This document shows, in pieces, positions 29,068 through 36,562 of a DNA stretch of 64,000 nucleotides. Both the position numbers and the translations under genes were made by a program. This DNA is from an uncultured virus (IMG/VR IMGVR_UViG_3300038415_000320). Lineage: Duplodnaviria; Heunggongvirae; Uroviricota; Caudoviricetes. The notes under the pieces were generated by a model that had not been told where the DNA came from, did no database searches, and saw only the letters and a list, made by a program, of their open reading frames with translations. The stretch lies in IMG/VR virus record IMGVR_UViG_3300038415_000320, one strand, 5' to 3'. Each line of letters starts with the position of its first letter. Position 1 is the first letter of the stretch.

Positions 29068-29439
29068 TCAAGCGTCAGTTGTCATGATGATTAGGTCAAA
29101 TGAGCAGTCCCGCTGGTTACAGTTTGAATCTGTTGTCACAATGTAAACCAAACAAGACTTCCCGCATGGGCATATTTCATGAGCAACTTGTGCGAACATC
29201 CGTCGATAATGAGGACGGACAAAGGGTGTCACTTGTGTGGTTAGTACCTGGACCCCTGGCTTTAAGATCATCTTGTACAGTCCCATAGAACGTCTTTCTA
29301 GAGACTCTACTTTCAGATCTGTCTTGCGGTCGCGCTTATAACTACCGTCAGCCTCGACCTGCAAGGCAATCACGTTTGCACCTGCCAACATGAACCGTTG
29401 TGAAGCGCTCTTTGTCGGCTTCGATTTTTTAGTGGTCAT
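29068..29439 (-). CDS. Divergent homolog of the small beta-rich proteins at 5002 and 5368
   Basis: V.ADGS, R..G.Y..IL, D..FD..I pattern. Confidence 0.45.
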   Translation of the reverse strand: MTTKKSKPTKSASQRFMLAGANVIALQVEADGSYKRDRKTDLKVESLERRSMGLYKMILKPGVQVLTTQVTPFVRPHYRRMFAQVAHEICPCGKSCLVYIVTTDSNCNQRDCSFDLIIMTTDA

Positions 29440-29454
29440 CAGATTCCTGCCTTT

Positions 29455-29826
29455 CTAGAAACCTTCACAGCTCTCAACCTCAAGAAGAGGCTCGGTGTCA
29501 TCGGCCGGGCTCGCTACCCAAGCAGGCTCAGGCCCCACGCGCCACGTCTTCGCCGAGACGGCGTAGTAGACCTTTTCATTGAACGACAGCCAGGCCAGCA
29601 TGTGGCGAATCATCGAGCCTGAGTGACTCTGGCAGCGCCCCCAGTCGACGATCTCATGGATGGTATGGGGGTGCTGCCGGCAATAGCGGAGCAAGGGCGC
29701 AGTGAGCAGCTGCCAGCTCGGGTCGCTGACTGGGGGAACATGGTCTACCGTATGGCCGGCATAAGCAGTTATCATAGCAATTGGTCGGTGTCCCTTCTGC
29801 CCATAAAAATACACGAGTTGTTGCAT
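29455..29826 (-). CDS. Hypothetical protein
   Basis: ORF in the co-oriented array. Confidence 0.5.
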   Translation of the reverse strand: MQQLVYFYGQKGHRPIAMITAYAGHTVDHVPPVSDPSWQLLTAPLLRYCRQHPHTIHEIVDWGRCQSHSGSMIRHMLAWLSFNEKVYYAVSAKTWRVGPEPAWVASPADDTEPLLEVESCEGF

Positions 29827-29827
29827 C

Positions 29828-30118
29828 CTACTTTTCCTTGTTGGCAAGATTCCAACGATTGAGAACCCCAACCAGGCTGTTCCAATGGGTTTGGATTCGA
29901 GGTCCTCTGTGATGGTCTCCCAACAAGTCCAGCAATGCTTCAATATGGGGAATTGCCTTACTAGTACAACTTGGACACCACCAGCCAGTCGTACAGTCAA
30001 TACGAATGGTAGGTTCGTAGCCTGAGTCTTTTATCAGAGTCCCCATGTTGCTAATAGTAGCGTTGTGATTAGACAGAACAGTCTCAGCGCCACACCCCTG
30101 ACACGTTAGCGTGGTCAT
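29828..30118 (-). CDS. Small Zn-finger protein
   Basis: CQGC...CPSC. Confidence 0.5.
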   Translation of the reverse strand: MTTLTCQGCGAETVLSNHNATISNMGTLIKDSGYEPTIRIDCTTGWWCPSCTSKAIPHIEALLDLLGDHHRGPRIQTHWNSLVGVLNRWNLANKEK

Positions 30119-30390
30119 TTCGTCTTGCTCGCCCTCTTCTTTTTGGGAAACTTGCCTATCCACCCACAGTGATAACACCTGGCCTGCGGGCAGGGGCTAT
30201 CTAGCGAGTCACCATGGTCATTGGGCGTGTCATGGTCGCATTCGCACAAGAACCCGGAACAGTTGCCTCCAATGAGTATGCACTTATTGCGAACTTCGAC
30301 GCTGTGGCCTTGGCAGCCAAAAGGACCTATCCCACAACGAGGGCATTTCCAGGGTATCAACTTTATTTTTCTTGACACGATAACGCTCAA
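30115..30390 (-). CDS. Cys-rich small protein
   Basis: CPRC, CEC, CYHC. Confidence 0.5.
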   Translation of the reverse strand: MSVIVSRKIKLIPWKCPRCGIGPFGCQGHSVEVRNKCILIGGNCSGFLCECDHDTPNDHGDSLDSPCPQARCYHCGWIGKFPKKKRASKTK

Positions 30391-30773
30391 TAGGGTGGAT
30401 GGGTTGAAAAGGTGGCCCGCTCCCTAATGAGAACCGACGTTAGATCTTCCACTTTTCGTTCGAGGACATGCGCTATAACAGCATAACGACCTGGCACTCG
30501 GTCGCGCAATAGTCGAATGTACTGCTGGTCTGGTAGAAAGAACACCACATCGCACAAGGTAACTCTCACCGTCGCTTTGAAAGCGGCGTCGGCGTGGCGG
30601 ACGAGACCTTCAGCAGCCTCAACTAGATTTTCATTAGCCGCATGTTCGGGACTGTACACGTGTAGCTTCGAACATAAAGCCTCCCAATAGTGATCAGCCA
30701 AACAGAGCTGGGGGAACAGGCTTAAGACGCGACGAAGCGTTGCACTTTCGACGTTAAACTCAACGACGTACAT
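30387..30773 (-). CDS. Hypothetical protein
   Basis: ORF coupled to both neighbours. Confidence 0.45.
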   Translation of the reverse strand: MYVVEFNVESATLRRVLSLFPQLCLADHYWEALCSKLHVYSPEHAANENLVEAAEGLVRHADAAFKATVRVTLCDVVFFLPDQQYIRLLRDRVPGRYAVIAHVLERKVEDLTSVLIRERATFSTHPPY

Positions 30774-30774
30774 A

Positions 30775-31254
30775 TCAACCCCCATTCGTTGGATGATCGG
30801 GAATAGAGCTACTAATAGCCACTCCTGCACAAGGCAACTTGCCCAGCTCCACCTCCAGATTCTCAATTTCATCTTTGAGGCTGGCCCATTCGGAATGAAA
30901 AAAGCGCAAAAGCTTGGCAGCTCGTCCGTAATGTCCCACTCTAGGCGCTCCAATATCGTGCTCAGTGGTCACCACATATTCAATCTCCTGGCCGTCAAGC
31001 CATTGCAGTAGCTCTTTAAGACCGGGAGATTGTTCTCGACTCCTAGGTGCCTCGGCCGAGACAGGAAGTCCATTAGGTGTTGATAGTCCAGCGCTCTCAG
31101 CCAGTCGGTTGAGCGAGGCGGCAATTGTTGCTTGATGTTGTGAAATTAGCTCTGGAGCCGAGTGGGCAATGCTGTTGGCGGTTGCTCGCAGAATGGCAAA
31201 TTCTTGCTCCCAGGCAGAGCCTCCGATTTTTTGATTACTTGCTGGACGGTTCAT
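30775..31254 (-). CDS. Hypothetical protein (paralog of 38557..38958)
   Basis: QEFAI.RAT, HQATIAASLNRLA, REQSPGLKELLQWLD, HYGRAAKLLRFFHSEW are shared. Confidence 0.75.
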   Translation of the reverse strand: MNRPASNQKIGGSAWEQEFAILRATANSIAHSAPELISQHQATIAASLNRLAESAGLSTPNGLPVSAEAPRSREQSPGLKELLQWLDGQEIEYVVTTEHDIGAPRVGHYGRAAKLLRFFHSEWASLKDEIENLEVELGKLPCAGVAISSSIPDHPTNGG

Positions 31255-31335
31255 TGTTTTCACTTTCAGTTGAAGGCCATGTCCCAAAAAGCATCCGCAA
31301 TGATTCCGTTCCGAAGAGTTCGGCGATGGCTGTCG

Positions 31336-31659
31336 CTAATGAACTGCCCAAAAAGAGACTACTAACAAAACAATGGACGCAAGTAGTCGCCAGTTGATAG
31401 CGGCCCACCAAGTTGAATCTGATGGCTTTGACAAGTCTTCGTCTTCAACATCCCGAGACGATGGACGATCGACGATACTGTAAGATCGCGACACCGCCAG
31501 CCGCCAGACACCAAAGAAAACGATCACCGCATAGGGACCGTAGGGAGCACATCCAAACGCGACATAGATCACCAAGGACAGAATCGCAACTTGAGCCGCA
31601 AAGGTTGGATCTGCCTTCGCTGCTTCTGATGCTTCATCGGATGTCTTCTCGTTACACAT
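31336..31659 (-). CDS. Small membrane protein (paralog of 40513..40839)
   Basis: DPTF..QVA.L.L.I.VAFGC..YGPYAVIVFFG.WRLAVS. Confidence 0.75.
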   Translation of the reverse strand: MCNEKTSDEASEAAKADPTFAAQVAILSLVIYVAFGCAPYGPYAVIVFFGVWRLAVSRSYSIVDRPSSRDVEDEDLSKPSDSTWWAAINWRLLASIVLLVVSFWAVH

Positions 31660-31732
31660 GATTCGTCCTCGCCAGTTTCTTGGATGATTCTGCTCGCCTC
31701 GAAACAAAGAGTCAAGTGTCTTTTTGAGAAGA

Positions 31733-31830
31733 TCAGGAATACCCAAATCCCAAAGCTATCAAGTCGTTGATACTCACCGGGCCGCCCCCTTGAACTAGCT
31801 TGTACAGCTCCATAGCGTCATCTTGTTTTC
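31733..31830 (-). pseudogene. 3' remnant of a paralog of 40904..41194, cut by the IS605 insertion
   Basis: QDDAMELYKLVQGGGPVSINDLIALGFGYS* vs QDDAIDLYELVRGGGPVYIKDLLSLGFGYS. Confidence 0.7.
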
Positions 31831-31849
31831 CGCGCTGAAACCCCTCCCT

Positions 31850-32278
31850 TTAGGGAGGGGAGGAAGCGCGTCCTCTTTGTTGTTCCACGTACCGTTTGAC
31901 AACTTCCAGGGGAGCCCCTCCGCACGAAACGGCACAGTACGAAGGGGACCAAAAATGTTCTCCCCAGGTCTTCTCGGCAACTTCAGGCAGCGCCGCCGCT
32001 CGAAGCATACGAGCCGAGACCCCTTTCAGGGAGTTGACCAAGGTGGAGAGTGCTACCTTGGGCGGGTATGCGACGAGCAGGTGGACGTGGTCGTTCTCGA
32101 AGCCTGCTTCCTTGAGCTCGCACTCGAAGTCGGTGCATACCGTGATCCAGGCGGTTCGAAGCACGTCGAAGACTCGCTGCGAGATAACTCTCTTCCTGTA
32201 CTTCGGTACGAAGACCAAGTGAGCGGTGAGACAAAAAACTACATGGCGCCCGGTTCGAAAGTCGCTTGACGGTAGCAT
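31850..32278 (-). CDS. tnpA: IS200/IS605 Y1 HUH transposase TnpA
   Basis: HLVFVPKYR, DHVHLL (HUH), LKGVSAR, FWSPSY, YVEQQ. Confidence 0.95.
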   Translation of the reverse strand: MLPSSDFRTGRHVVFCLTAHLVFVPKYRKRVISQRVFDVLRTAWITVCTDFECELKEAGFENDHVHLLVAYPPKVALSTLVNSLKGVSARMLRAAALPEVAEKTWGEHFWSPSYCAVSCGGAPLEVVKRYVEQQRGRASSPP

Positions 32279-32300
32279 AGACCAAGTATAAACTAGACCT

Positions 32301-32588
32301 GTGCTCGTTAGCAAGGGTTTTCGATTTAGGATCTACCCAACCAGGGAGCAGGCTGCCACCTTGGTTCGTTGGGAGAGCACCTTGCGGTTCTTGTGGAACA
32401 TCGCCAACGAGCAGCGGTTGATCGGGCTTGCCCGTCCTCGAGGTGAGAAGAAGTACGTCACAGCGTTCGATCAGATCAACGAGTTGACTGGCTTGAGAGC
32501 TGAGTTTCCTTGGATCGCCGAGGTTCCCCGCAACGTGTGTGCTCAGTTGCTCACGGAGCTGGACGCTGCTTGGCAACGATGTTTTTTT
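32301..32588 (+). pseudogene. tnpB: TnpB N-terminal fragment (HTH/WED start), RuvC deleted
   Basis: GFRFRIYPT.EQ, RFLWN, L..LD.AWQRCF, after which homology switches to the duplicated sRNA block. Confidence 0.85.
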
Positions 32589-32601
32589 GTGGACTGCCAC
32601 C

Positions 32602-32696
32602 AAAAGCAAAAGCCCTCCTTTTGGGAGGGCTTTGCTTCTCTGGATTCCAGCCTTACCAGAGATGGCGTTTTCTATGTTCTTCGGCGAGGAAGAATT
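32602..32696 (-). ncRNA. Candidate ~95-nt small RNA, copy 1
   Basis: Own promoter TTGTCA-N17-TAATTT (32703-32731), two hairpins and an intrinsic terminator; near-identical to 42159-42254. Confidence 0.6.
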
Positions 32697-32736
32697 GCTG
32701 TCAAATTACACTGGCTTCCAGACGATGACAAGTGCC

Positions 32737-33372
32737 TTACGCCCAAAATCGTGTATCGGGTACGCCTGGCACCCACACCAGTCGTCGACCTTCATTGATT
32801 CGCCTAGCTGCAATGTCATCTGAGCTAAAACGGTACTCAGGATATTTCTCTGGGTCTTGCAGATAAAGCTGATGATTGCGGTCTTGCGCCTTCGGGGCGT
32901 CCCATTGCTTCGCTCCGTCCGTGAAATCCTCCACCCTTCCCGCTTGGATTGCCTCTGCTAGCTGCAAGGTCTTCGCCGTTGGGGAATGGCTAGTAGCGGC
33001 GTATCGGCCGGCCTGAGACCCGAAACGGCCGTTGCCATCCCATCGCTTGGAATGCAAAAGCAAACTCGGAATCTTGTAACGATTCTTCTTGACAGCGTTC
33101 CAAATTGCCAGCCCAACCGCTAGTCGGCCCTTGTCAATCTTCTCTTCCGACTGCATACACGACGCCATGGCGTAGATTTCGAGCGGATACCCCGAGACTC
33201 GGGCCAGCCCAGCCGGACTTGCCTCAACGACGCCACGGACGTTCACCACGTGCAATCGAGTCTCGATCTTTGGATCTAAAAGCCTTCGAGTGCCGCTGAA
33301 GAGCGATGCAATGCCCAAGGCTGCTACTGAGCCGAGTCCTAGCAATAACCATTTCGGTTTATGATCTTCCAT
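32737..33372 (-). CDS. Membrane-anchored cell-wall hydrolase-like (SleB/Hydrolase_2-like) protein, copy 1
   Basis: N-terminal TM; MA.C..SE....LAVG.AI.N; D.T.GA..W. Confidence 0.55.
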   Translation of the reverse strand: MEDHKPKWLLLGLGSVAALGIASLFSGTRRLLDPKIETRLHVVNVRGVVEASPAGLARVSGYPLEIYAMASCMQSEEKIDKGRLAVGLAIWNAVKKNRYKIPSLLLHSKRWDGNGRFGSQAGRYAATSHSPTAKTLQLAEAIQAGRVEDFTDGAKQWDAPKAQDRNHQLYLQDPEKYPEYRFSSDDIAARRINEGRRLVWVPGVPDTRFWA

Positions 33373-33384
33373 AAAAGCCTCTCT

Positions 33385-34215
33385 CTAAGCGATCGCTCTC
33401 CAGATCCCATCAGCACGGCCCGCTTGCTTGAGAGCCGCCACCGTATGAGGCCCCGGAATGCCATCAGGAACTTCTATTCCCACCAGCGACTGCCGCTGCT
33501 TCCACTTTGCAATATCATCGTAGTGGGCAAAATCGATTCGCTCAGCGCCAGCTGTTTCCAGAGCATCCATGATGGCATCGCCTGGATCCCCTTCTCCGCG
33601 GGCAGCTGTCAAATCTCGATGCCCAACAATACCCACAACATCCGATAAAGGCGTGCCAGTCTGCTGAGATGCCACAAACCGAGCGATCGGATGTCCATTG
33701 TAGGCCATTGGGACCTGACGTTGAATTGCCGTAGGCATGAGAGCACACAAAGACAAAGCCAACTTCGCCGCATGTGCGATCTGACTTGCATACAGCTCGG
33801 CTTTCCCATGTCCCTGCACGACTTCAATGCCTACTGACGTTCCATTGGCGGCCTGCGCATGGTAGGCCGCCTGCGTGACCAAGTCAGCACAGCAGTAGAT
33901 ACGACCATCAAAATCTATGATGATATGAGCACCTCCCGGCCGAGCTGTATCTGCAGTCCAAGATCCAACAATGCGCTCACCAGCTTTCGAGGACGGGCCA
34001 AATCCCGGCAAGAGGGTCTGAGGTCGCAGGTCAGAGCCTCCAGGAATACCACCTGTCGTGTGCATCACGATCAGTTGAATTGCATGCCTCTCACGAGCAT
34101 TGCGCCATCGAACATCGCCCGGCGCAAGTGCCAAGGCAGGATTGTCAAGAAAATTCTCGATGTCGAATCCCGGCATCGATACTGCTTTGCCTTCGAGAAT
34201 AAGTCCTGTACCCAT
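33385..34215 (-). CDS. N-acetylmuramoyl-L-alanine amidase (endolysin) with a C-terminal PG-binding motif, copy 1
   Basis: IVMHTT, AH..ID.DG, AYHA...N..SVGIE, GH.D, DPG, DGIPGP.T. Confidence 0.85.
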   Translation of the reverse strand: MGTGLILEGKAVSMPGFDIENFLDNPALALAPGDVRWRNARERHAIQLIVMHTTGGIPGGSDLRPQTLLPGFGPSSKAGERIVGSWTADTARPGGAHIIIDFDGRIYCCADLVTQAAYHAQAANGTSVGIEVVQGHGKAELYASQIAHAAKLALSLCALMPTAIQRQVPMAYNGHPIARFVASQQTGTPLSDVVGIVGHRDLTAARGEGDPGDAIMDALETAGAERIDFAHYDDIAKWKQRQSLVGIEVPDGIPGPHTVAALKQAGRADGIWRAIA

Positions 34216-34283
34216 GCAAATTAGGATACTCGCAAGTCGTCAAGATTGCACCTTTCGAAGTCCACCTGGGTAGAAGCCGAAAG

Positions 34284-34451
34284 TCACACCCGAAGGATCC
34301 ACATGATCAGGCGTTCCCACCAAGGAAAGTGCTCATTCACATCTATGTCGCCGTACAGCCGAGTGTGATAACCCGAGACCTTGCGACGCTCACGCTCCCG
34401 CTCCCAATAAGAGCCGCGCCGTTTTCTTCGCCGATACTTTTTAGGTTGCGT
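34284..34451 (-). pseudogene. Small basic protein paralog of 43840..44001 with the start changed to ACG
   Basis: QPKKYRRRKRR...HFPWWERLI.WILRV*. Confidence 0.55.
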
Positions 34452-34529
34452 GAGAACCTCGTTTCATCTGCTCCGGCAAAACATCAGGATGCCGTTTACA
34501 TTTGCGGACTTCGCTCAAGAGTGTAGTCG

Positions 34530-36443
34530 GTCTCAAGTACAAAGCCCCTGAGCAGGCGCTTCGATGACCCCGAGTACTATCTATTGGTTTGTGTGTCAGC
34601 CGTCTCAAGAACAAAGCCCCTGAGCAGGCTCTTCAATTTGGTTTTTGAGACGATAATCCGTTGAGTTGCTCTGGTCTCAAGAACAAAGCCCCTGAGCAGG
34701 CTCTTCAATTTCTCCGCCGAGTCGCGGTCTCTGGCCCACAGCTCGTCTCAAGTCTCAAGAACAAAGCCCCTGAGCAGGCTCTTCAATCTGCGTCTTGCAG
34801 TCAGCATCGATAGCTTTTCCCGTGGTCTCAAGAACAAAGCCCCTGAGCAGGCTCTTCAATGTCGAATCCGCCTCGGCGAGAGCGAGACGGACGCCTAGTC
34901 TCAAGTCTCAAGAACAAAGCCCCTGAGCAGGCTCTTCAATCTGCGAAGTCCACACTCATTGGTCATGGTCTCAAGAACAAAGCCCCTGAGCAGGCTCTTC
35001 AATATGGCCATAATTGCCGCCATGCAGCTGGCGACTGAATCGTCTCAAGAACAAAGCCCCTGAGCAGGCTCTTCGATCGCCTTTGACGCTCTCTTCAATG
35101 GTCCCACTGACAAGGGTCTCAAGAACAAAGCCCCTGAGCAGGCTCTTCGATCCCTACTGACCAGCTCTCCATTCGTGGGCCGTAGGGTCTCAAGAACAAA
35201 GCCCCTGAGCAGGCTCTTCGATGTCTCATCGAGCGTGTAGGGCGTGGCCCAGAAGGTAGTCTCAAGAACAAAGCCCCTGAGCAGGCTCTTCGATTCGCTT
35301 GTCTCGTGCCTGTTCCATGCACATTTCCCGTGTCTCAAGAACAAAGCCCCTGAGCAGGCTCTTCGATCCAAGGCTGCCGGAGTGCCCGTGGAGTTCATCC
35401 GCGTCTCAAGAACAAAGCCCCTGAGCAGGCTCTTCGATATGTGGCACAAACGCCACGAAGTGACACGAGCGCGCCACGTCTCAAGAACAAAGCCCCTGAG
35501 CAGGCTCTTCGATCTCTCCATTCGTGGGCCGTAGGGTCTCAAGAACAAAGCCCCTGAGCAGGCTCTTCGATGTCTCATCGAGCGTGTAGGGCGTGGCCCA
35601 GAAGGTAGTCTCAAGAACAAAGCCCCTGAGCAGGCTCTTCGATGTCTACCGTATCTTCTGGACCGTGCCCGTTGTCGGGTCTCAAGAACAAAGCCCCTGA
35701 GCAGGCTCTTCGATCCGGACGCTTAGCCGGACGGGCTCCCGTCGGGAAGTCTCAAGAACAAAGCCCCTGAGCAGGCTCTTCGATCGACTAACTTTTGGAG
35801 GGCGGGGAGATTGGACCTAGTCTGTCTCAAGAACAAAGCCCCTGAGCAGGCTCTTCGATATGTGGCACAAACGCCACGAAGTGACACGAGCGCGCCACGT
35901 CTCAAGAACAAAGCCCCTGAGCAGGCTCTTCGATAGCTTGCCCGACGCCTCGTCAAACGCGAGCTGCTCGTGTCTCAAGAACAAAGCCCCTGAGCAGGCT
36001 CTTCGATGCCAAGGACTTCGGTGACGCCTTCTGGCAGGCATGTGGTCTCAAGAACAAAGCCCCTGAGCAGGCTCTTCGATGCAAATTTCACATCCTTTCG
36101 CTGCTAATAGCATCCTGTCTCAAGAACAAAGCCCCTGAGCAGGCTCTTCGATTTCAAAATGCTCGCCGCAGAGTCGAGGCTAGAAGCAGCGTCTCAAGAA
36201 CAAAGCCCCTGAGCAGGCTCTTCGATTTGCTACGGTATCTGGCCGTGAGCTGAACATCGAGAAGTCTCAAGAACAAAGCCCCTGAGCAGGCTCTTCGATT
36301 CATGTAGGGCTGAGTGGAGCCGTTGACACCATGGAAGTCTCAAGAACAAAGCCCCTGAGCAGGCTCTTCGATGAGGACGAGCATTTCCACAGCGGTCCAG
36401 CACACATGTCTCAAGAACAAAGCCCCTGAGCAGGCTCTTCGAT
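34530..36443 (-). CRISPR. CRISPR array: 27 repeats of 36 bp and 26 spacers (mostly 34-39 bp)
   Basis: Repeat on + is GTCTCAAGAACAAAGCCCCTGAGCAGGCTCTTCGAT (crRNA sense ATCGAAGAGCCTGCTCAGGGGCTTTGTTCTTGAGAC, internal hairpin); degenerate terminal repeat at 34530. Confidence 0.98.
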
Positions 36444-36562
36444 AGCTCTCCCAATATCTATTTGGTTGTCAATAGGTTACAGACTACATTGCGAGCGGTT
36501 CGAAACGAACGAGAAATCAAGATTGTAACTACCTGATTTACCTGGAAGCAATCAACTCATTA
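36444..36562 (-). promoter_or_regulatory. CRISPR leader with IHF-like sites
   Basis: AT-richer region between cas12 and the first repeat; AATCAGGTAGTTA (36526-36538, minus) fits WATCARNNNNTTR. Confidence 0.5.

Larger units (their letters stand above)
31830..32588. mobile_element. Truncated IS605-type element (left-end hairpin, tnpA, 5' part of tnpB)
   Basis: Hairpin CCCCTCCC-TTTA-GGGAGGGG at 31841-31860; divergent tnpA/tnpB; right end missing. Confidence 0.85.

Noticed and set aside
32626..32640. Duplicated sRNA as a tracrRNA (AGAAGCAAAGCCC resembles the anti-repeat)
   Set aside because: The match is short, bulged, buried in the terminator stem and weaker in copy 2; Cas12m is reported as tracr-independent
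32589..32798. C-terminal part of the 165-aa ORF 32301..32798 as a novel TnpB fusion
   Set aside because: It is read-through across the antisense of the sRNA and hydrolase gene after a deletion
35715..35748. Spacer sharing GGGCTCCCGTCG with positions 33-44 (tnpB end), i.e. possible self/IS targeting
   Set aside because: Only 12 contiguous nt match and the rest of the spacer does not align. I saw no full self-match for any spacer, but a search by eye is not exhaustive
35045..36454. ORFs inside the CRISPR array (SKSLLRGFVLET and RRACSGALFLR repeats)
   Set aside because: These are translations of the repeats, not genes
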